Source of the DNA: a virus
Taxonomy: Duplodnaviria; Caudoviricetes
Strand: one strand, 5' to 3'
Length of the DNA: 64,000 nt
Virus record (IMG/VR): IMGVR_UViG_3300047160_024814
Span: 15,978-79,977 of that record
Below the pieces are notes generated by a model. That model was given only the letters and a program-made list of their open reading frames with translations. It was not told the DNA's origin and did no database searches. A program made the translations under genes and the position numbers. Shown in pieces: positions 15,799 to 24,379 of this stretch (within the stretch, counting starts at the first letter, position 1; each line of letters opens with the position of its first letter).

Positions 15799-16485
15799 TT
15801 ACGCTAAGATCGTTGCACCCTTAGATGCGCGGTATAGCGCAACACCGATGTCAACCGCATCGGCGCTCCATGGCTTTCCTTGGGGGCCAGCATTGAGCGC
15901 GCTGTCTAGGACAACAAAATAATCGTCCCACGCCGCCACCGCAGCCGCCGCCGCAGCCTCCGCCGCCGCAGCCTCCGCCGCCGCCCGCGCCGCCCGCGCT
16001 GCCCGCGCTGCCCGCGCTGCCCGCGCCGCATCCGCCACCGCTGCCCGCGCTGCCCGCGCTGCCCGCGCCGCCTGCGCCGCCTGCGCCGCCGCACTTGCCG
16101 TGTCTGCCGCCTTATTCATATCTATATCATCGGGCAGACCGCGTAGCCTCGATGCGTGATCGTGCAATCCAGCTACATCAAGCGCCCGAGGGGCAAACAC
16201 CCTCAGCGCACCCAAGATAAGAATGCGCACTCTGGCCGGTTGGTGCTTTTCGCTGCGGCTTCCCGCAATGCGGTGCAGATACGGCAATAGCCTTTGGCGC
16301 ACGTCATCAGGCATTAAATCATTGCCCCGGATCACATACGACGCAATTACAGGACAAGCACACTCCGGTGCATCGCCGTGTTTGCCGTGCACCAGCCAAT
16401 TCACGGCATCCATAGCGCAAGCGCCTTCTGCCGGATTGTCGCTATGGCCGCGACGCAGAACGTATGGCCAAGTTACGATGTTCAT
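15799..16485 (-). CDS. Hypothetical phage protein with an Ala/Arg low-complexity tract (paralog 1)
   Basis: GACAMDAVNWL..G.HGDAPECACPVIA N-domain; AAR repeats. Confidence 0.8.
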   Translation of the reverse strand: MNIVTWPYVLRRGHSDNPAEGACAMDAVNWLVHGKHGDAPECACPVIASYVIRGNDLMPDDVRQRLLPYLHRIAGSRSEKHQPARVRILILGALRVFAPRALDVAGLHDHASRLRGLPDDIDMNKAADTASAAAQAAQAARAARAARAAVADAARAARAARAARAARAAAEAAAAEAAAAAAVAAWDDYFVVLDSALNAGPQGKPWSADAVDIGVALYRASKGATILA

Positions 16486-16624
16486 CAGAGACTTCCTTTC
16501 TTTTACTGGGGTGAAGTTTACTTCGCTTGGTAGGCATCATAAGCACAAGTCCAGGCAGCTTATGCCGCGAGTCATGCGGCCTTCTTCTGTTCGGTCCGCG
16601 CCGGAACGGTCGGGACCATGTCGA

Positions 16625-17305
<681 letters not shown>

Positions 17306-17336
17306 CCGGGGTGAAGTTTATCCTGAAGGAAGGGGC

Positions 17337-17576
17337 TTACGCCCCCACCTCCGTCCATAGCTCTCTGCTACATTGCTGGACTATCGAATTGGCCTTCGAC
17401 ATCGCTTCAGTGCGCGTCTTGCCCCAAGCAGTAGCGAACAACGGCCATTCGCCAGTCTTCTCCCATATGTCGCAGTGCCAGGGGAAACCCTCGCTGGCTG
17501 ATATCTCTGCGTTGAACGCAGGATCGTCGCGGTAAAGGCATATTCTCTTATTCACACTGCGGTTCGGATGGTTGAC
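17337..17576 (-). CDS. Hypothetical protein
   Basis: MVNHPNRS... preceded by AGGAG; start uncertain (longer ORF to 17624). Confidence 0.5.
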   Translation of the reverse strand, partial: VNHPNRSVNKRICLYRDDPAFNAEISASEGFPWHCDIWEKTGEWPLFATAWGKTRTEAMSKANSIVQQCSRELWTEVGA

Positions 17577-17639
17577 CATTGCTCTACTCCTGCCCCTGAA
17601 ACCCGCGAGGCGCCGGTTACGCAATCGGGGTATATTGTA

Positions 17640-17933
17640 TCAGTTGGTCGTTACAGCCTCAATGATTGCCTTCTGGCACCGCTCCTTGAACTGTTCGTCC
17701 ATCTGTTTCTCTACCTCTTTCTTGCGACGCTTATGGTCCCCTTCCATCGACTTGAGCTTTTGGAAAAGCTCTGGCGTGGCATTTCTCGCCTTGACGCGGG
17801 AGATAGCGCAATATGTGGGGCGCCCATAGCCGTTCTGGAATGAGTAGTAGAGCCTGGCGTCTGTGACTCGCTCGACCTGAACGAGATCCCCATACTCTGT
17901 CCACTCATTCCCGATTATCGCTAATTCTGCCAT
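17640..17933 (-). CDS. Hypothetical protein
   Basis: 97-aa ORF with GAAGGA SD after the junction motif. Confidence 0.6.
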   Translation of the reverse strand: MAELAIIGNEWTEYGDLVQVERVTDARLYYSFQNGYGRPTYCAISRVKARNATPELFQKLKSMEGDHKRRKKEVEKQMDEQFKERCQKAIIEAVTTN

Positions 17934-17963
17934 GTGCTGGCGCTTCCTTCAGTGGGGTTTGGT

Positions 17964-18080
17964 TCAGTCTTCCAGCTTCTCGATTAGATCAGCAATCGCC
18001 TCTTGCTCAGAGGCGCCCCATCCGATTGGGCACCCCGGCCCATCATAGGTGTTGTCATCTTGAACGTATGCCTTTGTCAT
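17964..18080 (-). CDS. Small hypothetical protein (38 aa)
   Basis: MTKAYVQDDNTYDGPGCPIGWGASEQEAIADLIEKLED; ATGA coupling. Confidence 0.5.
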   Translation of the reverse strand: MTKAYVQDDNTYDGPGCPIGWGASEQEAIADLIEKLED

Positions 18081-18277
18081 ATCTCAACTCGTTCGGCGTG
18101 AGCCTTGCGCCACGCCTTGTATAGGTCAGTCTTCGTCGCCTTCGCTGGCAGCGCAATACCGAAGTCCGCCATCAGCTTCTTGCGCCACCCATCAGCGCGG
18201 AAGCAGTTCAGAAGCGGCAGCCCGCTTGCTGCCTGCCTCTCTGCCCTTAGCCGTCCGCTTACTGATGCTGTGCTCAC
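18077..18277 (-). CDS. Hypothetical protein
   Basis: 66-aa ORF downstream of the junction motif. Confidence 0.5.
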   Translation of the reverse strand: MSTASVSGRLRAERQAASGLPLLNCFRADGWRKKLMADFGIALPAKATKTDLYKAWRKAHAERVEI

Positions 18278-18298
18278 GGTCGCGTCCTCAATCGGGGT

Positions 18299-18574
18299 TC
18301 AGGGTGCGGCGTAGCCGATGGTGAAACTGCCGATCGGATGCAGGACAAGGTAGGGCTTGGCCGGATCGAAGTATCGCTTCGCCCGGATGAACTTCTCGAC
18401 CTGCGCGCGACCCTCCTGCGTCGTGAACATCTCCGGCCGCTCATCGTCACGGAACCAATCGACCTCCATAAACGATTGAGCCTCGCCGCCGCCGAAATGG
18501 AAGCTGCCAGTCGGCTTCGGTATCTCAAACACACGCACCAACATCAGATTAGTTCCTTGTCCTTCGCTAGCCAT
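18299..18574 (-). CDS. Hypothetical protein
   Basis: 91-aa ORF whose stop overlaps the junction motif. Confidence 0.55.
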   Translation of the reverse strand: MASEGQGTNLMLVRVFEIPKPTGSFHFGGGEAQSFMEVDWFRDDERPEMFTTQEGRAQVEKFIRAKRYFDPAKPYLVLHPIGSFTIGYAAP

Positions 18575-18733
18575 TCAGGCATTGCCATTGTGTTATCGTC
18601 AGAGTCCCACTCGCATTGTGACTTTGGAAGCCAGACCGTGCGGACGCCATCGTGAAAGCGATAGGCTTTGTCCGTTTCGCCCTGTATCTCGCCGGCAATG
18701 TCAACTAGGTCTGATTTCATAGCGGGGTGAAGT

Positions 18734-19012
18734 TTACGCTGAGCGGGCTGCGTCGATAGCGGCTATCGCACGCGACATTAGATCTCGGACACTGACACCC
18801 GGCTTGCCCCAGAACGTCACGGCCGCGCTGTCGTCATCTCCATCGCGATGGATGAAAGGGCCGCGTGCCTGAAACCGTGTTCCGCCGTTCGGGTCCAGCG
18901 TCGCAGGCAAATAGAGATAGAACCGCACACCCTCGAATGTGACACCATCCACTGTCTTGCTGATGACTTCAACTCGCTCCGTTAGCTCTTCTGCATAGAC
19001 GTTGATCCGCAT
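18734..19012 (-). CDS. Hypothetical protein
   Basis: MRINVYAEELT...; GAGG SD; stop overlaps the junction motif. Confidence 0.6.
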   Translation of the reverse strand: MRINVYAEELTERVEVISKTVDGVTFEGVRFYLYLPATLDPNGGTRFQARGPFIHRDGDDDSAAVTFWGKPGVSVRDLMSRAIAAIDAARSA

Positions 19013-19049
19013 GAATGGCCTCTTTCTCAATCGGGGGTGAAATTCATCG

Positions 19050-19079
19050 TTGACAAGACCCTATATAAGACCATATACT
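19050..19079 (+). promoter_or_regulatory. Sigma70-type promoter at the divergence point
   Basis: TTGACA (19050-19055), 18 bp, TATACT (19074-19079). Confidence 0.65.
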
Positions 19080-19120
19080 AAACCAGTCAAGAGGAAAGTT
19101 CGCAGGATTGTAAATCAGCG

Positions 19121-19327
19121 ATGGATCAGACCGAAAAGATCAAGTCGGGAATGCGCCACGGCGCGGCACAAGGCCGGGTGCCGACCGGACGGCCTTACAC
19201 GGTGTCAGACGCGGCGATCCGCAAGGTGCTGCATCTAGGCACTCTAGAAGCCGCGCGGCGGGTGGGGCTTTCCAAGAGCCAATTTATTGCGCGGCGGCGG
19301 CGACTTGAAACGGAGGATATGAAATGA
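19121..19327 (+). CDS. Small HTH protein resembling the Hin/resolvase C-terminal domain
   Basis: KIKSGMRHGAAQGRVPTGRP...TLEAARRVGLSKSQF. Confidence 0.6.
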   Translation: MDQTEKIKSGMRHGAAQGRVPTGRPYTVSDAAIRKVLHLGTLEAARRVGLSKSQFIARRRRLETEDMK

Positions 19328-19367
19328 GCGACAAACCGACCCCGTTCGTGATGGAGGGGGAATCCAT

Positions 19368-19592
19368 ATGATCAATAAACCAACCACACTCTGGCAGCCT
19401 TGCCGCGAAGGGCACGAGCGATGCGCCGTCGATGGTGTCGAGTGTGAATGCGAGGCGCGCCACGTTCGCATGGGGCCGTCGCCTACCGTGTGCCGAGTGA
19501 TGGCTAAGTTCGAGGACAGACTGGGTCATCATGAAGCTGCGGATCAGTGGCGAGCAGCAGCCGAGACACCGGAGGCCAAAGGCAATGCCTGA
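19368..19592 (+). CDS. Small Cys-rich hypothetical protein
   Basis: 74 aa; GGAGG SD. Confidence 0.45.
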   Translation: MINKPTTLWQPCREGHERCAVDGVECECEARHVRMGPSPTVCRVMAKFEDRLGHHEAADQWRAAAETPEAKGNA

Positions 19593-19872
19593 TTGCAAAT
19601 CATCCGGCCAACAGCAAACGACCCGTAGGCGTAGGCTGCTGACAAGTATGCAGAAGCGCGGGGGCGAGCGAGTGCGGGCCAAACTAGTCGGTAAGCAGGT
19701 CCGCATCTGGTCGGCAGAGCACCATGCATGGTGGCGCCCGGAGCGGTGCGGTTACACCATCCACCTAGAGGCGGCGGGCATCTATGACTTCTCCGACGCA
19801 TGGGACGCCACGCACCACTGCGGGCCGGAAAAGCGGATAGCGTTCTATATCGTGGAAAACCAACATGGCTGA
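19585..19872 (+). CDS. Conserved phage hypothetical protein
   Basis: IWSAEHHAWWRPERCGYT...AGIY motif. Confidence 0.55.
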   Translation: MPDCKSSGQQQTTRRRRLLTSMQKRGGERVRAKLVGKQVRIWSAEHHAWWRPERCGYTIHLEAAGIYDFSDAWDATHHCGPEKRIAFYIVENQHG

Positions 19873-20077
19873 TTCCGATACCACAGTCCGATGGTATGCG
19901 GTTGCCGATCGCAATGGCGATCCCAATAAAACCATATGGACCTTGAGTACAAATCAAAACGAACTGGGCTGGGATACCGACTTAGGCTTCCCTGGCTATG
20001 GGCTAATGAAGGAAGATGCCGAGTTTCTCGCGCAAGCCGCCAACGAGAAGTTGGAGAGAATGGAAAACCAGGAATGA
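19865..20077 (+). CDS. Hypothetical protein
   Basis: 70 aa; overlaps the upstream stop. Confidence 0.5.
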   Translation: MADSDTTVRWYAVADRNGDPNKTIWTLSTNQNELGWDTDLGFPGYGLMKEDAEFLAQAANEKLERMENQE

Positions 20078-20587
20078 CTGAATCAACGACGGCTTGGCAG
20101 AATTGCCGCGACGAGCAGTGCTACTCGATGAAGTGTTGCATGGCCTGGATTGAGGATTGTGTGCCATGAGTGCAGATCAGCCTAACAATCCCCAGACGGC
20201 CCGCAAAGTCGGCGAGGATGACCCGATCTACCGCATTCGCCAAGCGCGAATGGATGGCAGAGACTGGATGGTCGCAAGGAAGGTTTCGACATATCGATGA
20301 ATGGATGGCGAGACTCGGGCTGCATTCCAGATCGCCCCAGTTTTTATCCGAGCCCCTCTGCGACGATGCCCGACGCAAAATAGGCGCTAGGCTCGCTCGC
20401 GTGCCGAGAATCAAACTATGAACGACAGCGCCATCAGTATGACCGATAACTCCAAGCGCATGAAGTGGGTCCTGGCCAAGAGCCGCGAAGAACACGAGTG
20501 CGAGCTGCTTGGTTGGAAGCTAATTGCCCAGGAGACGCGCCTGGATAATTTGTTGTGGTGCCTTTGGGCAAATATGGAAAATCAGCC

Positions 20588-20989
20588 ATGAGTAATGACA
20601 TGACCCAATGGCAGCCAAAACTATGCCCGTTCTGCAAGGTTATGGACATCTTTCCGGAGGAGAAGAACCCCGCCTCTTTCAGCATCCGATGCCGGAATTG
20701 CAGAGCCTCCGGGCCAGAGGCAGGAACAATAGGAGAGGCATGTTTACAATGGAACCGGTCAGCCGACAGATCTCGCGGAGCCGGTGAACCGGTGTGGGCC
20801 TATTGGCCAAGCTTTCGAGCTTTCCCCGGTCATCGGAGTGGCTGGCATTTGGCGTCATACGGCCCGCATCCAGTCAATGGCATGCGCTGGCGATTCTGGT
20901 ATGACGGAGAGTGGGCGATTGGATCACCCGATATGGACTATGGATTCCATCCGTTCGATCAGCCGCCTGTGGGGGCTTTGAATGTCTGA
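20588..20989 (+). CDS. Lar-family restriction-alleviation-like zinc-binding protein
   Basis: KLCPFC...IRCRNCRASGP...EACLQWNR. Confidence 0.65.
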   Translation: MSNDMTQWQPKLCPFCKVMDIFPEEKNPASFSIRCRNCRASGPEAGTIGEACLQWNRSADRSRGAGEPVWAYWPSFRAFPGHRSGWHLASYGPHPVNGMRWRFWYDGEWAIGSPDMDYGFHPFDQPPVGALNV

Positions 20990-20994
20990 CCGCG

Positions 20995-21561
20995 ATGACT
21001 GACAAACTTGAAATAGGATCGTTTGCCACAGTCCGGCCCGGTTGGCTGTGTACCGATATCAACCCACAACATCCCGACATTCAATGTCTGGACGCCACCC
21101 AGCCATTCCCATTCGCCGACGATACATTCCAATTCATTTATGCCGAACACATGATCGAGCACATCACCTTCCCCCAGGCCCGTTCAATGCTGAATGAGTG
21201 CCACCGTGTGATGCAGCCGGGCGGCGTGATCCGTATCGTCACACCGTCGATCGAGTTCTTGAGCCTGATGCTGCGTGACAGCATCCCCGATTACGTTCAA
21301 TGGGCCGCAAAAACTTTCTGCCCGAACGATCCGCCACTCCGCTCCGTGGTGTTCAACAACTTCGTGCGCGCCTGGGGCCATCAGTTCATCTATGATGCAT
21401 CGGCTTTATGCTGGATCATGCATCAGGCGGGCTTCCAGGACCTGCAATTCTGCAGTCTGCAGAAAAGCGAGCATCCTGAGCTGCAGAATCTTGCATTCGA
21501 GGACCGGATGCCGCAAGGGTTTCTGGCCATAGAAAGTATGGTAATCGAGGGGACCAAATGA
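20995..21561 (+). CDS. Class I SAM methyltransferase (Methyltransf_11-like)
   Basis: GWLCTDI, LDATQPFPFADDTFQFIYAEHMIEH, ECHRVMQPGGVIRIVTP. Confidence 0.85.
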   Translation: MTDKLEIGSFATVRPGWLCTDINPQHPDIQCLDATQPFPFADDTFQFIYAEHMIEHITFPQARSMLNECHRVMQPGGVIRIVTPSIEFLSLMLRDSIPDYVQWAAKTFCPNDPPLRSVVFNNFVRAWGHQFIYDASALCWIMHQAGFQDLQFCSLQKSEHPELQNLAFEDRMPQGFLAIESMVIEGTK

Positions 21562-22166
21562 TTGATCTTCCGGAAATTTATCAACGCTACAAAGACTACA
21601 CGCTGGTCGACGAAGTCAACTACATCGCCAACTTGCAGCTCTGCCAGGACAAGGCCCCGGCGGAAGGCTGCATCGTCGAGTGCGGCGTGTGGAAAGGCGG
21701 CATGCTGGCCGGCATGGCGGAGGTCCTGCCTGATCGCAAAATCTACGGCTATGACAGTTTTGAAGGCTTGCGCGAACCACAGGAGGTCGACGGTCCTGCT
21801 GCCGCGGACTGGTGGCGGATGAATCCTGTACAGAATTGTGCCGTTACACAGGAAGAAGCGGCACAAGTTCTAGGACGATCAAAATTTAGCGGTCTGTTAA
21901 TCAAAGGCTGGTTCGAAGAGACTTTGTTCGATCATCGCCCCAACCAACCAATCGCCGTCCTACGGCTGGACGCCGATTGGTACACGCCAACCTTGATCAG
22001 TTTCACACTTTACGACCTGGTCACCAAAGGCGGATTGATCATCATCGACGACTATTATGTCTGGGACGGCTGTGCTCGTGCGGTGCATGACTTTTTGAGC
22101 GGCAAAGCGCTTAACACCACCATTCAGCAATTCAACAACAAGGTATGCTACATGGTGAAAAAATGA
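21558..22166 (+). CDS. TylF/MycF-family O-methyltransferase
   Basis: VECGVWKGG, YDSFEGL, KGWFEETL, VLRLDADWY, IIDDY. Confidence 0.9.
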   Translation: MIDLPEIYQRYKDYTLVDEVNYIANLQLCQDKAPAEGCIVECGVWKGGMLAGMAEVLPDRKIYGYDSFEGLREPQEVDGPAAADWWRMNPVQNCAVTQEEAAQVLGRSKFSGLLIKGWFEETLFDHRPNQPIAVLRLDADWYTPTLISFTLYDLVTKGGLIIIDDYYVWDGCARAVHDFLSGKALNTTIQQFNNKVCYMVKK

Positions 22167-22738
22167 GTCTACTCGACCTGTTTCAGAAATACGGCACCGA
22201 CAAGGCGGAGCTTGGCTACGCACCGATCTACGAAGCCTTGTTCGGGCATCGCCGCAGCCGAGTGCTGAGTGTACTGGAGATCGGCATTGGCACACTGACA
22301 CCAAATGTACCATCCTCCATGGCTGGAATAAAAGATGGCTATGCGACCGGTGCCAGCTTACGTGCATGGCGGGACTGGTTTCCATTTGCCCTGATCGTGG
22401 GCATGGACACGCAGGAAGACACGATGTTCACGGAGCCACGCATCAGGACGCTCTGGTGTGATTCAACCAGTTCAGCGGTTCATACTCATCTCACCAAGAA
22501 TAAATTTGACCTGGTGATCGATGATGGCGACCACAACTCAACCGCGCAGATTGCCACACTGATGCAATGCTGGCCCCTACTGAAACCGGACGGCGTCTAC
22601 GTCATCGAGGATGTGATCGGTGACTACCTGTTCGATACACAGGACAACCTGACTGCCATCGTCAAAAGTGTACCGGTCTTCATTCGCTGCTCACACACGA
22701 TGGTGGTTGTGCTGACCAAGCCATATAGGGGAGCCTGA
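22163..22738 (+). CDS. Class I SAM O-methyltransferase (MycE/Methyltransf_24-like)
   Basis: KYGTDK...Y..IY, VLEIGIG, SLRAWRDWFP, FDLVIDDGDH, LKPDGVYVIEDV. Confidence 0.85.
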   Translation: MSLLDLFQKYGTDKAELGYAPIYEALFGHRRSRVLSVLEIGIGTLTPNVPSSMAGIKDGYATGASLRAWRDWFPFALIVGMDTQEDTMFTEPRIRTLWCDSTSSAVHTHLTKNKFDLVIDDGDHNSTAQIATLMQCWPLLKPDGVYVIEDVIGDYLFDTQDNLTAIVKSVPVFIRCSHTMVVVLTKPYRGA

Positions 22739-22769
22739 CCAAGACTCCCCTGGCTGGCGAAAAATCCAC

Positions 22770-23252
22770 CTATGGGATCGGTACCGGATCACCGACGACG
22801 TTGATCACGCCCGCGACCGCTTCGCCGGCAACCAATGTGAGATCGAGCGTGGTGATCAGATTTTGTACGCCCGCACCCATATCGACGTCGGCTGTTGCCG
22901 TGACCTGTGCCGAACCGACCTTGCCGACCGGAGTGATGGCACATTTTGTGCTGTCGGTGTCGTCAACCGCGACAGTCGCCATGGTATCGTCGGAGCTGGC
23001 CCACACAACGGCACCGTCGACGGCTGCGGGGTTGCCATGGGCGTCGACATAAGCGACCTGAACGTTGATCATGTGATCGACCGGAAGCGTGTACGCCATG
23101 TGCTTTCCTTTCGCAATGACAGAGAACCCGTCGTATCGAGCCGTGACGATCACCTGCCCTAACGGCGGGGGAGACAGATAGAGGGTAAGCGATCCGCCGA
23201 TTTGCAGCGAGATCATATTGTCTATGACAGTCGGTCGGAGTGTGAGGGCCAC
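22770..23252 (-). CDS. Ig-like-domain protein
   Basis: V.YVD..GNP...VVWASSD..MATV.......G...VTATAD pattern; alternative start at 23099. Confidence 0.55.
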   Translation of the reverse strand: MALTLRPTVIDNMISLQIGGSLTLYLSPPPLGQVIVTARYDGFSVIAKGKHMAYTLPVDHMINVQVAYVDAHGNPAAVDGAVVWASSDDTMATVAVDDTDSTKCAITPVGKVGSAQVTATADVDMGAGVQNLITTLDLTLVAGEAVAGVINVVGDPVPIP

Positions 23253-23264
23253 GCGGTGACCTCC

Positions 23265-23525
23265 CTATCTCACTACCGTTAGAATCTGCTGACGTATGTT
23301 CTCACAGGTCTCCGCCGCGCCAACTAAGTTGCCGTTGGTCATGAATATTACGCAGTTCACGCCTTTAGCCACATGATGCCTATTGACGGCCAGCGGCTCG
23401 CGTAAACTGGTGATCTCGTGGATATTGACATAGATACTCTGCCCTGTCGGGCCATGCACCACAACAAGGTATAGCTCCGCCACGGTCAACAATGTCCAAA
23501 AACTGGCCAGCACCAGGTTAACCAA
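23265..23525 (-). CDS. Small hypothetical protein
   Basis: 86 aa; hydrophobic N-terminus; YVNIHEI...CVIFMTNG...ETCENI. Confidence 0.5.
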   Translation of the reverse strand: MVNLVLASFWTLLTVAELYLVVVHGPTGQSIYVNIHEITSLREPLAVNRHHVAKGVNCVIFMTNGNLVGAAETCENIRQQILTVVR

Positions 23526-23544
23526 GCAAGCCCCCTCATGTCAT

Positions 23545-23775
23545 TTAGGGCCGCAGGAGATGCTGGAACTCAGGTGCGACGGTCGGATCTTCGGCCTTCT
23601 TCTCGGCATGTTCATGCCGTTGCCATTTCTTGTTGCGCTTGTCGGTCTCGACGAATTCTTCCGCCTGTTCCTTGGAGGGGCCTCCGCCACCCCGCGGCTT
23701 CATGCCGTGGGCGATGCCCTGCATGTAGCGATGTTGAGCAGCGCTACTAGACGGCTTGCTGATCTCCTGTGGCAT
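23545..23775 (-). CDS. Small hypothetical protein
   Basis: 76 aa; SSAAQHRYMQGIAHG is a common phage small-protein pattern. Confidence 0.5.
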   Translation of the reverse strand: MPQEISKPSSSAAQHRYMQGIAHGMKPRGGGGPSKEQAEEFVETDKRNKKWQRHEHAEKKAEDPTVAPEFQHLLRP

Positions 23776-24379
23776 TGCTCAGTCTCCGGAATATGCTGAC
23801 TATCCTAAATCTATGATTGGTCGACCTCACTACACCAATCGAAGCTTCCAAACTGAAATAGTGCTTGTTCCACATCGGCAGCATGGTATCCAACCAGACA
23901 ATATGTGCCCCTGGCTTCAATCGCTTTAATGTCTGCATAGTCGTATTGCGGTTGATCATCGGTGTGCCGTAGTGGTTGGCGTCCTCGTTACTATAGGGCG
24001 GGTCTGCCAATACCAGATCATAGTACTCGACTGGCACGGTCTTCAACGTTTGACCATCCTCCAGCCAGTCAGGATTGAGCGCGGGATTGATGTCGACGGT
24101 GTGACCAGGGAAGGCGGTGACGTCCACCTTGCCGGCGAACAGGTGCAGCACCCGCTGCTTGTCTGGGAACAGGGTGCGGACCCGGCGCAGGTAGTTGGGC
24201 GGGTATTCGCCATGGTAGCCTTGCTTGGCTTGATAGTTCTGGCCCAGCAGCCATGTGCCGACCGCCCGGCCATCGCCGGCAATGAAGAGAGACGCCGGAA
24301 AGCCACTCTCCCGATTGTAGTTATCGATCCGGTCCTGCCAGGACAGGCCTTTGATGGTGTCAAACATCGGTCGCTCCAT
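23747..24379 (-). CDS. Putative DNA N6-adenine/N4-cytosine methyltransferase
   Basis: VLHLFAG (motif I), TVDI, YDLVLADPPY (motif IV). Confidence 0.75.
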   Translation of the reverse strand: MERPMFDTIKGLSWQDRIDNYNRESGFPASLFIAGDGRAVGTWLLGQNYQAKQGYHGEYPPNYLRRVRTLFPDKQRVLHLFAGKVDVTAFPGHTVDINPALNPDWLEDGQTLKTVPVEYYDLVLADPPYSNEDANHYGTPMINRNTTMQTLKRLKPGAHIVWLDTMLPMWNKHYFSLEASIGVVRSTNHRFRIVSIFRRLSNATGDQQAV

